A program made the translations under genes and the position numbers. 64,000 nt of DNA from Gemmatimonadota bacterium (GTDB lineage Bacteria > Gemmatimonadota > Gemmatimonadetes > Gemmatimonadales > GWC2-71-9), in the NCBI GenBank assembly GCA_039586365.1, contig JBDHKN010000032.1, positions 1-64,000 of the forward strand, written 5' to 3'. Shown piece by piece: positions 19,997 to 29,290 of this stretch. The notes under the pieces are model-generated. The model was not told the origin of the DNA and made no database searches. It was given only the letters and a program-made list of their open reading frames with translations. How positions within the stretch are numbered: the first letter of the stretch is position 1; every line of letters begins with the position of its first letter.

Positions 19997-21783
19997 CGGC
20001 GTGGCAGGTTGAGGCCGAATCCCCGGGGATATACCTCGGACAGCGTGATCGGGAGTCGGCCCGAGATCGGCGCTCCTCCCGCAAGCGCGCGAGACACCGC
20101 CAGCTCCGTGGCCAGGAAGTCGCTCCAAGCAATGAGGTACCCACCCGTGAAGCCCGCGACTTGGTTCAGGAGGTAAGGGCTGCCCAGAGAAGCCAGGATG
20201 GTCGGCTTGGTCTTATCCGTCTCGAGTATGAGTGACGCCAGTGAGTCGGGCAGCTGTATGTGTCCCCGCCCGGCGATGAATCGCACACCCATGGCAAATA
20301 CTACCCGCGGGTTCTGGTTGATCACGACGCGAGCCGAATCGTAGGAAGCCGAGCCGGATGCAGGGTAGAGCCGAAACGGGTTCACGGTGTCGCCCAAAGC
20401 GCGCAGTTCCCCGATTAGCGTGTTGCCTATCGTGAGGTTGGTTTCCTCGGCATACAGAATCACAGCGGTGCGCTGCCGTGACTGTCGCAGGTCCCGGAGT
20501 GGTCCTTCCTGGATGAGTGTCAGTGAGCGAGCTGCTATGTCATTGGCGCTCTGCTGGAACCCCATTTGGCCCACCACAACTGGAATGCTGTCCAAGCTCA
20601 CCGTTCTGCGACGGAACAGGCCTGCTTCAACCTTGAGCCGGAGGACCCGCTCAACGGACCGATCCAACCGCTCCAGGGATATGCGAGCAGAGTCCACGGC
20701 GACCACCATCGCCTCGATTGCAGCCGTGGGGTCCGCCGGGATAAGCAGCATGTCATTGCCGGCCAGGAAAGCCCGCACCACGCTCTCTGCAGCTCCGTAC
20801 TTGCCGACTATGGCTCCCATGCTGAGCGCGTCGGTAAAGACCAAACCATCGAACCCGAGTGAGTCCCTGAGCACGTCGGTCGTCACGATGCTTGAGAATG
20901 TGGCTGGAAGGGGATCTGCTCCCCCATCGATGCACGGCAAGGCCACGTGCGCTGTCATGACGGCCGTGACCCCTGCCTCAATCGCAGCTCGAAACGGGAC
21001 TAACTCGAGCGTGTCCAGGCGATCCCAACACGCGGGTACAACCGGGAGGTCGATGTGCGAATCCGATCTTGTATCACCGTGCCCGGGAAAGTGCTTGACA
21101 GTGGTAAGGAGCCCGTTGTCGCTGGCGCCGCGCACGTAGGCCGCAACTAGTCTGCTCACCGCGGCAGGGTCTTCCCCAAAAGACCTCGTGTTGATGATCG
21201 GATTCGCAGGATTGTTGTTGACATCTGCAACGGGCGAGAAGGTCATGTGTATGCCTGCAGCCCGTGCTTCTAGTGCGGTTACTCGGCCAAGTTCATATGC
21301 GTCGCTCGTGTCGCCCGTCGCGCCGATGGCCATCGCCATGGGGAACGACGTGCCTCCGACGAGGCGCATGCCCGATCCCCACTCCAGGTCGGCTGCTATG
21401 AGTAGTGGTAAGGCTGACCGCTCTTGCAGCGAGTTGAGCTTGGCCGTTGCATCGAGCGGTGAACCGATCGAGATGATGATGCCGCCGACTCCAAGCGAGT
21501 CCACCCAGTACGCGATTCGGTCGAACTCCTCTGACTTGAGCGACGTGTAGTGTCCCATGAGCCAAGGCATGACGAGTTGACCGACTTTTTCGCGGGTGGT
21601 GAGGGACTCGAGGATCGAGTCGATAGCCGCTGGCCGAGCACGCGGTGGAAGCGTGATCTCGGGGAGGTTGGCACGAGGCGTCGGGGCCACCGGCGGTAGC
21701 TCTGCAGTCTCAACCGCGGCGCGACTGCAGGATCCCACCAGGGACGCCACACACAGAGATGCCATGAGTAGACGTTGTTGCAT
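19993..21783 (-). CDS. nagZ: GH3 beta-N-acetylglucosaminidase (lipoprotein)
   Basis: KHFPGHGDTRSDSH, FTDALSM, INTRSFGED; lipobox LVGSC. Confidence 0.9.
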   Translation of the reverse strand: MQQRLLMASLCVASLVGSCSRAAVETAELPPVAPTPRANLPEITLPPRARPAAIDSILESLTTREKVGQLVMPWLMGHYTSLKSEEFDRIAYWVDSLGVGGIIISIGSPLDATAKLNSLQERSALPLLIAADLEWGSGMRLVGGTSFPMAMAIGATGDTSDAYELGRVTALEARAAGIHMTFSPVADVNNNPANPIINTRSFGEDPAAVSRLVAAYVRGASDNGLLTTVKHFPGHGDTRSDSHIDLPVVPACWDRLDTLELVPFRAAIEAGVTAVMTAHVALPCIDGGADPLPATFSSIVTTDVLRDSLGFDGLVFTDALSMGAIVGKYGAAESVVRAFLAGNDMLLIPADPTAAIEAMVVAVDSARISLERLDRSVERVLRLKVEAGLFRRRTVSLDSIPVVVGQMGFQQSANDIAARSLTLIQEGPLRDLRQSRQRTAVILYAEETNLTIGNTLIGELRALGDTVNPFRLYPASGSASYDSARVVINQNPRVVFAMGVRFIAGRGHIQLPDSLASLILETDKTKPTILASLGSPYLLNQVAGFTGGYLIAWSDFLATELAVSRALAGGAPISGRLPITLSEVYPRGFGLNLPRR

Positions 21784-21916
21784 CGATTCGGTTACGGGAA
21801 GCTCACTGGTTTCAGGTTGAGATGTCGAAGACCGCTGTGCAAGTTAGTGACATTGGTCGCGACAGGCACGTATGGTGTGTGACGGAGTCCCCCCGCGTCG
21901 CTATGCCGGAGGTACC

Positions 21917-23308
21917 ATGAGCCGACTAAGAGCTGTGATACTCGGTCTTCTTTTGGGCAACGCCGTGGCCTGCAGCGAGGATCTGCAGGGTCCCACGGAC
22001 CAAACCCCGATTCAGGACACCGTCCCTGCCGAGATAGTCAGTTGGCTTCAGGCTAACGCAGTGCCGTTCAACACTGCCCAGGCCGGCGTCGACTACACGG
22101 ACCTCATGCCGCTCAAGGGTATGGTGGGAGACGCACGCGTAGTTTCTTTGGGCGAAGCCACCCACGGGACGCGGGAGTTCTTCCTGATGAAGCACCGCGT
22201 GCTCGAGTTTCTGGTCAAGGAACTGGACTTCAACGTCTTCGCCATTGAGGCAACCTGGCCCGAGGCCAACCGGGTAGACGACTACGTGTACACCGGTCAG
22301 GGTGATCCCGAAGTGCTTCTATCGGGTCTCTACTTCTGGACATGGAACACCGAAGAAGTCCTGGAGATGATCCTGTGGATGCGAGAGCACAACCAGAATC
22401 CTGGCGATTACCCCACAGTGAGCTTCCTCGGCTTTGACATGCAGTTCCCAGGGATGGCCATATACAATGTCCAGGTGTTTCTCCAAGCTGTGGACCCGAC
22501 CGCAGCTTCATTTGCCTCAGACCGTTATGCCTGCATGGTGCCGTACGCGAATGGGCCTACGGGCTCGTCCGGCAGCCAGGAACGGTATGGGGCTCAGACC
22601 GCGACCTATCGGGATTCGTGCCGTGCAGATCTAGCGCAGGTGTACGATTCCTTGGTGCCGCATCAAGCCGAGTACGAAGCCGCATCGTCGCCGCAAGAGT
22701 TCTCCAAAGCCCTGCGGAGTGCCCGGGTGGTCCTTCAGTACGAGGACATGGAGTCTACGCGTACGCCCGGCGCCCGTGACCTCTATATGGCGGAGAACAC
22801 GATCTGGTTGCTGGATCAGGCCGGCCCTGACTCCAAGGTCGTGCTCTGGGCTCACAACGGCCACGTGGCTGACAATCCAACGTATGGCGCAGGAGCTTCC
22901 ATGGGGCACCATCTCCGCGGCGAGTACGGTGACGACATGGTGATTGTCGGGTTCGACTTCTATCAGGGTGAGTTTCGTGCGGTCACTGCGCTGCCCGGCG
23001 GGTCCTATGGGAGTCTGGCTGTGCACTCGGTTGGTGTGCCACCTAGGCTCAGCTACGAGTACTACTTTCACAGCGCCGGACTCGAGCGCCTGATTCTGGA
23101 TCTGCGCGGGGTAGACATGGCAACGACCGCTACATCGTGGCTCGCCGGTCCCCGCAAGATGCGGTCGATCGGGGCCGTGTTCGCGCCGAGTAATCCAGCG
23201 GTCTACCTGTACGACGTGAGCCTGCCGTCCCGCTATGATCTTGTCATCTACTTCGACAACACGCGGGCTGCCATCGGCTTGCCGTATCAGCCCCCCGACG
23301 TTTGGTGA
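21917..23308 (+). CDS. Erythromycin esterase (Ere) family protein with lipoprotein signal
   Basis: LGEATHGTREF, FAIEA, GFDMQ, RDLYMAEN, WAHNGH; GGAGG RBS; NAVAC lipobox. Confidence 0.88.
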   Translation: MSRLRAVILGLLLGNAVACSEDLQGPTDQTPIQDTVPAEIVSWLQANAVPFNTAQAGVDYTDLMPLKGMVGDARVVSLGEATHGTREFFLMKHRVLEFLVKELDFNVFAIEATWPEANRVDDYVYTGQGDPEVLLSGLYFWTWNTEEVLEMILWMREHNQNPGDYPTVSFLGFDMQFPGMAIYNVQVFLQAVDPTAASFASDRYACMVPYANGPTGSSGSQERYGAQTATYRDSCRADLAQVYDSLVPHQAEYEAASSPQEFSKALRSARVVLQYEDMESTRTPGARDLYMAENTIWLLDQAGPDSKVVLWAHNGHVADNPTYGAGASMGHHLRGEYGDDMVIVGFDFYQGEFRAVTALPGGSYGSLAVHSVGVPPRLSYEYYFHSAGLERLILDLRGVDMATTATSWLAGPRKMRSIGAVFAPSNPAVYLYDVSLPSRYDLVIYFDNTRAAIGLPYQPPDVW

Positions 23309-23363
23309 TCAGGGTGCCCATTGCTCAGCGGATTGCGGTGTACGGTGCGAGACAAGAAGAGGT

Positions 23364-24884
23364 TCAATCCTCAATCTTCCAGATAGTATCCAGTACTGTG
23401 CCGTCCACCCATTTGACCACCGCGACGGGCTGATCTGTCAACCTCGGTGGTTCCGGTTTGCCTCCTACGATGGTCTCGACCTCCTGCTTGATCTCGGCGA
23501 TTGATCGAATAGGCAGGTCCGATGTACGAACCCGATCCAGTAGGTCCTCGCGCCGGGGATTGATCGCGATCCCACGTTCAGTGACCACTACATCGATCAA
23601 TTCGCTCGGCCCGCTCAACGTAGCGACTTCGTCTACTATCACAGGTATCCGGTCGCGGAACGACGGTATTGCCAGGACGGAACAGCCCGCGAACAGGCAA
23701 TTCTGCCACCCACCGATCCCGTGAAGCAGCACTCCATCGGAGTGGGTGTTGACGTTGGCATTGAAGTCGAGATCTACTTCAGTGGCACCGAGGACCGAGA
23801 CGTCGACCATGGTCGCAAAGTTGCCCTTACCATGATAGTTGTAAGACGTGAACGGTGAAGTGGCAATGTGCCGCGGGTCTGAAGCGATCGAGGCTACACC
23901 AGCGAGGTCGAATGTCTGCCCGTCGAGGATGTAGTCAGTGAGTCCCTCCTTGAGCAGCTCCACGAGGTACTGAGTCGAGCCACCCCGGACAAACCTCGCC
24001 TTAACACCGGCATCCTTCATCATGCCCTTCAGGAACTGCACGAACGCGAGAGCGATTCCTCCGGCTCCTGCCTGGAATGAGAACCCCTCCCGCATTATTC
24101 CGGCCTCTCGAATGAACCGAGCGACGTACTCCGCTATCAGAAGCCTGTCCGGGCTCCGAGTAATTTGCGTCGTCCCGGACACGATCAGCGAAGGATCACC
24201 GATCGACTCGATTTCCACCACGTAGTCCACGTTGTTACCCTGGATCTGCCACGGGTCGGCGTAGATGGAATCGGCGAGAGCGAATCCGAGGGATCCACAA
24301 GCTGAAGGACCGTGTGACCCATCGGCATTGCCAAACGGATCTGCCGTCGGGGCGGCAATCACTGCGATGTCGATGTTGACATCACCATCTTGGATTGCTT
24401 GCCACCTACCACCGTGTGACCGCAGCACTCCCAGACCTCGCATCTTCCCGTGGGACGTGTATTCACCCAGCGGGCCGTTCATACTTCCTTCTATGTGATG
24501 TACGACGCCACTGTCCATCAATTCGATCACCGGCTCGTGACAAGGAAACGAGGCGCTGGGAAACCACATCAGGTCCTTGACACCCAGCTCGGCCGCGGCC
24601 TGCAACGGTGCCAGGGCAACTCTGTCACCATTTCGCAGGTGGTGATGGGTTGAAATCACCATCCCGTCGCTCAAACCGCAGCGCTCGAGTGCAGTCTTCA
24701 AGTCGGGAACCCGCTTGTCACCGTTGTCGGCATAGTGATGACTCGACTGAATCGGTGGACCGTGTTTGGTGCCCGTTGGCTCGTGGCCTCCCACTCCCTG
24801 GAACGGGATCTGTTGCTGCCCATTCACTATCCTGGGGACTCTCCTGCCAACGGCGTTTCTCGAGAAGTCCTTAGCGCCGCTCAT
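23364..24884 (-). CDS. citF: Citrate lyase alpha subunit/CoA-transferase (possible internal in-frame deletion near 24254)
   Basis: ISTHHHLRNGD, LRSHGGR, ACGSLGFA, FSFQAGAGG, EVDLDFNANV, VVTERGIAINP. Confidence 0.9.
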   Translation of the reverse strand: MSGAKDFSRNAVGRRVPRIVNGQQQIPFQGVGGHEPTGTKHGPPIQSSHHYADNGDKRVPDLKTALERCGLSDGMVISTHHHLRNGDRVALAPLQAAAELGVKDLMWFPSASFPCHEPVIELMDSGVVHHIEGSMNGPLGEYTSHGKMRGLGVLRSHGGRWQAIQDGDVNIDIAVIAAPTADPFGNADGSHGPSACGSLGFALADSIYADPWQIQGNNVDYVVEIESIGDPSLIVSGTTQITRSPDRLLIAEYVARFIREAGIMREGFSFQAGAGGIALAFVQFLKGMMKDAGVKARFVRGGSTQYLVELLKEGLTDYILDGQTFDLAGVASIASDPRHIATSPFTSYNYHGKGNFATMVDVSVLGATEVDLDFNANVNTHSDGVLLHGIGGWQNCLFAGCSVLAIPSFRDRIPVIVDEVATLSGPSELIDVVVTERGIAINPRREDLLDRVRTSDLPIRSIAEIKQEVETIVGGKPEPPRLTDQPVAVVKWVDGTVLDTIWKIED

Positions 24885-26124
24885 CGACTTCCTCCCACTG
24901 CTGTGACATCCTCGTCCTGAACCTTACCGGCGCGCCTTGCTGACTCCACGAGTCTCTGCGCCCGCAGGACCACTGGGGAATCGATCATCTTGGTGCCGAG
25001 ACTCACTACTCCTAATCCCTTCTGCTGCGCTTCGTCAAAGGCAGTAACGATCCTGCGGGCCTGTCGGATCTCTTCGTCTGAAGGTGTGAACGCTTCGTGT
25101 ATCGCTGCAATCTGACGTGGGTGAATGCAGCCCATACCCTCAAACCCGAGTGCTTGGGAGCGACTTCCCCACTCCCTGAGCCCGTCCAAATCTCCTACGT
25201 CCCCGAAGACCGAGTCGATGGCCTGTACCCCGGCTGCCTTGGCGGCATTGACCAACCGCGCGCGGGCGTAGAGGGACTCCGTACCCTCGCTAGTTTTCCG
25301 TACGCCGAGGTCAGCGGTGTAATCTTCCAGGCCGATCGTAAGGCCAACTATCGTGTTGGCCGCGGCCGCGATGGCGAAGGCGTGCTCTATTCCAAGGGCG
25401 GATTCGATAATCGGCATCAACCAGATCGGCCCCTCGATTTCCGCCTGGTTCAGGATCTGGCTGATTCTCTCCTCGACCGCGGCACCTGATCGGGCGACTC
25501 CACCTTGGGGATCAGGATCAGATCCGGCGCCTCCGGGACCACCTGGTCCAGATCCTCGTAGCCGAGTGGTAGTTGGTTGATGCGCACCATCCGCTCGGCG
25601 CCCTTGAAGTCAACGCATCTGAGAGCGTTTCTGACGACGATCCGCGCTGCGTCCTTCTCCGTAGGATGTACAGAGTCCTCGAGGTCCAGGATGATTCCGT
25701 CGGGTCCGTGGAGTCCAGCATTGACCATGAATTTTGGTTCGTTGCCGGGTAGGTAGAGGCGGGAGCGTCGCAGCCGGTCGCGTGCAGTAGGGCCCGTACG
25801 GGTGATAGTGCACTCGGGTCGCGCGTCTCCGGACAGCCCGGCTCGGGTCAGGGCAGCTTCGATCCTGGCAGCAATCGCGAACGGAAGAGCGCCCTTGTCA
25901 TCGATCTCGATACGGCCGTGCCTAAGCCCGAACGATTGCGCCAGACTCCCAGCGAGCTGCCTCAGGGAACTCCCGTAAAATGCCGCGACCTTGGAGACAA
26001 TGTGGATCTCGAGCCCTCCGAATTCCTCTACCTGTACCGCGACATGAAGGTCGGAGCGAACGTCGTCGCCCTTGCGGCCCGCTGCTCCTATTGCCCTGGC
26101 CGCCATGTGTGATTTCCTGGGCAT
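24881..26124 (-). CDS. citE: Fused citrate lyase acyl carrier (CitD) plus HpcH/CitE-type lyase; frameshift near 25482
   Basis: N-terminal VRSD...DDKGALPFAIAARIEAA (CitD); RRSRLYLPGN, LDLEDSV, VRIN, LIPKVES then a frame switch to MPIIESA, GLEDYTADLG, CIHPRQ, MIDSPV. Confidence 0.85.
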
Positions 26125-26139
26125 GCCGAAGCTCTCCCC

Positions 26140-27324
26140 TCAGCCAAGTTGCTCGATGATCGCGTCCGTCAACTGCGTCGTCGTCGCCGCTCCCTTTGCG
26201 ACCACATCTGGACCGCCGACCAGACGCATCATGTCGTATGCTCGCACCTTGCATGCGGCGACCACCGCGGCCACGGCGTCACGGACCCGCTTCGCCTTGT
26301 CCGATTCCTCTAGGTGGTCCAACAGCATCGCTGCGCTCAGGATCATCGCGATTGGATTCACGATGGGTGGATCCAAGTTCTCGTATTTGGGAGCCGAACC
26401 GTGGGTAGGTTCGAACACGGCAACATCGTCACCGATGTTGCCGGAGCAGGCGAATCCCAGCCCACCGACCAGCCCGGCAAACGCATCGGACACGATGTCG
26501 CCGAACATATTCCCCGCCACGATGACACCGTAGTCTTCGGGGTTCTTGGTGAGCCACATCATCTGGGCGTCGATGTTCGTGGACCACAGCTGAATGTCCG
26601 GGTAATCCCGCTGCACCGCGCGGGCCACTTCTTCCATCATTCCTGACGTCTCGCGCAATACGTTGGGTTTCTCGCAAACCGTGACCGACCGATAGCCGTG
26701 TTTCTTGGCGTACTTGAACGCCGCCGTCAGGATTCTCCGGCAGGCATTGCGTGTGAACAAGCGCAACGAGATCGCCACGTCCTCGTTCGGCACGGTGGCA
26801 AACGACTTGTGCTTGGGATGAGTGGCTATTGCATCGCGTACCTGCTGGGGAGGATTGGTCCACTCTATGCCGCAGTAGAGGCCTTCAGTGTTCTGACGGA
26901 AGATCACGGCATCCACCTCGGGTTCCTCGCGGCCCCCGTCGGCGGTCTGGCGGATGAAGTTGAGTGGATTGCCCTTGAATGACCGGCAGGGCCGGATGCA
27001 GATATCCAAATTGAACAGCTGCCGCATCCCCACTATTGGGCTGAAGTAGCTGTAACCCTTGTCCCGCAGTTCCGGTTTCAGTTCTGCGGCAGCCTGCTGC
27101 TTCGGTTTGGACGTGATGGCACCGAAGAGACCCAACTTGTGTTGCTTCAGCAGCGCGATAGTCCTGTCGGGCAGCGGATTGCCTTCGTTTATCCAAAAGT
27201 CCCACCCGATATCTGCATGGACATACTCAGCGCCAAAACCGACCGCCTCCAACACGCGGACCGCTTCTGGAAGTACGATCTTGCCGATGCCGTCGCCGGG
27301 CATCGAGACAATAGTGTGAGTCAT
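26140..27324 (-). CDS. Isocitrate/isopropylmalate-family dehydrogenase (homoisocitrate dehydrogenase-like)
   Basis: PGDGIG, YFSPIVGMR, RQNTEGLY, KPNVL, NMFGDIVSD, FEPTHGSAP, NPIAMILS. Confidence 0.9.
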   Translation of the reverse strand: MTHTIVSMPGDGIGKIVLPEAVRVLEAVGFGAEYVHADIGWDFWINEGNPLPDRTIALLKQHKLGLFGAITSKPKQQAAAELKPELRDKGYSYFSPIVGMRQLFNLDICIRPCRSFKGNPLNFIRQTADGGREEPEVDAVIFRQNTEGLYCGIEWTNPPQQVRDAIATHPKHKSFATVPNEDVAISLRLFTRNACRRILTAAFKYAKKHGYRSVTVCEKPNVLRETSGMMEEVARAVQRDYPDIQLWSTNIDAQMMWLTKNPEDYGVIVAGNMFGDIVSDAFAGLVGGLGFACSGNIGDDVAVFEPTHGSAPKYENLDPPIVNPIAMILSAAMLLDHLEESDKAKRVRDAVAAVVAACKVRAYDMMRLVGGPDVVAKGAATTTQLTDAIIEQLG

Positions 27325-27374
27325 GTTGTATTGATATCCTCTTGCTCTCTCGTTACGTGGCGAGTTCCCAACAC

Positions 27375-27399
27375 TCAATGGTCAATCGTCAATCGTCAA
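27375..27399. repeat. Short heptamer tandem repeat (TCAATCG)
   Basis: tcaatgg tcaatcg tcaatcg tcaa; the aconitase stop codon lies within it. Confidence 0.6.
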
Positions 27400-29271
27400 A
27401 AGCCAAACTCCTCACCGCGGTATGTTACGGTGCTCACCGCGAAGTCGATGTCTAGCTGATCTCCTGGGATGATGGTCAACTGTTTCGCTGCAACCGCATC
27501 GCCAAGCTGCCGCTTCACAGCGGCAACTAGCTCGGGGCACTCGATACAGATGAAGCCATTGTTGTAGGCATTGCGCAAGTACGTTTGGGAGAAACTCCCG
27601 GCGATCACTAAAGCGATGCCTTTGGCCTGTAGTGCGGTTACCGCCTGTTCGCGGCTGGAGCCCGTGCCGAAGTTCCAAGTGCCAACCAAGATGTCACCCT
27701 TGGTAGTCCTGCCGACAAACTCTGGGTCATAGTTTTCCATGACCACCTGGGCCATCTGCTCCCATGTCACTTCGTCGCGGGTGTAGTACTTCTTGTCGTA
27801 GATCCCATCCGTGTTCAGGTTGTCCTGTGGCAGGAAGATCAAACAAGATCAAACGGCCGTGAATGCTGTCGGGGAAGCCAGGCTGGATCTCGACAGTCTC
27901 GCCGGCCGTGCGAGCTGGCGCGTGGTCGGTTATGCGGCGCTCAGGGCGGCTGCCGTCCGAAGGCCAGGGACCTGTGATGTAGCCGGCCACAGCCGACGCT
28001 GCCACGACAGCGGGACTGGCCAGGTAAACCTGCGCGTCGCGGGATCCCATCCGTCCCTTGAAGTTGCGATTGGTGGCCGAGATTCCCACTTCACCGGCCT
28101 CGAGCAGCCCGGCACCGAGACCGATGCACGGGCCGCAGCCGGCTGGAAGCGGCTGGGCTCCAGCATCGAGCAATGCATCCCATGCTCCTGAGTGCCGTGA
28201 CGCCTCCTCAACCTCTTTACTCGCGGCTGATACATAGAGCTGCACACCAGCAGCCACTTTCTTGCCCTTGATCACGCCGGCGGCTGCCTCCAGGTCTTCC
28301 ATGCGGCTGTTGACACAGGACACGATATAAGCCTTCTGGATCGCGACCTTGTCTTGCTCGATGTCGGCGAGCGACCGCATGACTTGAACGGTGTCCGGCC
28401 CGGAGACGTGCGGACTCAATTGGCCCAGGTCCAGCACGATCTCGCTGGCGTAAGTTGCGTCGGCGTCAGGCGCCGGGGGGTTCGCGAGCCAGGAAGCGAT
28501 CTCCTGGTCTGTATATCGAACGGGACCCTGAGCCTGTAGTACTTTGTTACGGTGGCGGAGATAGTCCACCGTAACCTCATCCACCGGGAACCAACCGACC
28601 AGCGCACCCCACTCGGTCGTCATGTTCGAAATCGAAAACCGCGCATCCATACTGAGGCTGGCAATTCCCGGCCCCGTGAACTCCACGGCCGCGTTCAGCA
28701 CTTCACCCTGGTTGTAGATACCGCAGAGGGTAATGATCACGTCCTTACCGGTCACACCCTCGCGCAGCTCTCCCTCAAGAACCACTTTCACGGACCGCGG
28801 GATCTGCCACCAGAACTCCCCAGTAGCCCAGATGGCCGCCGCGTCCGTGCGAACAACCGGTGTACCGAGTGCTCCCAGAGCCCCGTACATGTTGGAGTGG
28901 GAATCAGATGCCACCACCAATGCCCCGGGCACAACGTATCCTTGGGAGACCATGATCTGGTGTCCGATTCCGGTGCCGGCGGGGTAGAAATCGATGCCGT
29001 GCGCTCTGGCGAAATCCTCGATCTTGTTGTACTTGGCAAGATTGGTCTCTGAAGTATTCTGAATCTCGTGGTCCAGTGCGAACACGGGTTGCGACGGGTC
29101 AAGAACTCTGGTCGCACCGATCGCATTGAATTTCGTTATCACTGCGGCGGTATTGTCGTGCGTCATGACGTGCCGCGGGCGCAGTGAAACCACGTCACCG
29201 GCCCGCAGGGGCCTGCTGGGGCCTTCTGTCACATGCATGTGGGCGATCTTCTCTACTATGTTCTCACCCAT
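27396..29271 (-). CDS. lysF: Fused (large plus swivel domain) homoaconitase of fungal Lys4/LysF type; frameshifted by a 10-bp duplication at 27835-27854
   Basis: MTHDN, FYPAGTGIGHQIM, ASDSHSNMYG, SCVNSR, GCGPCIG, SATNRNFKGRMG; swivel domain DNLNTDGIY, NFGTGSSRE in the next frame. Confidence 0.8.
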
Positions 29272-29290
29272 TCTAGTCTCCTAGGCCCTG

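Noticed and set aside
27830..27860. Separate large and small aconitase subunit genes or a programmed frameshift
   Set aside because: Removing one copy of the exact 10-bp duplication restores a single fused frame; there is no RBS or slippery site.
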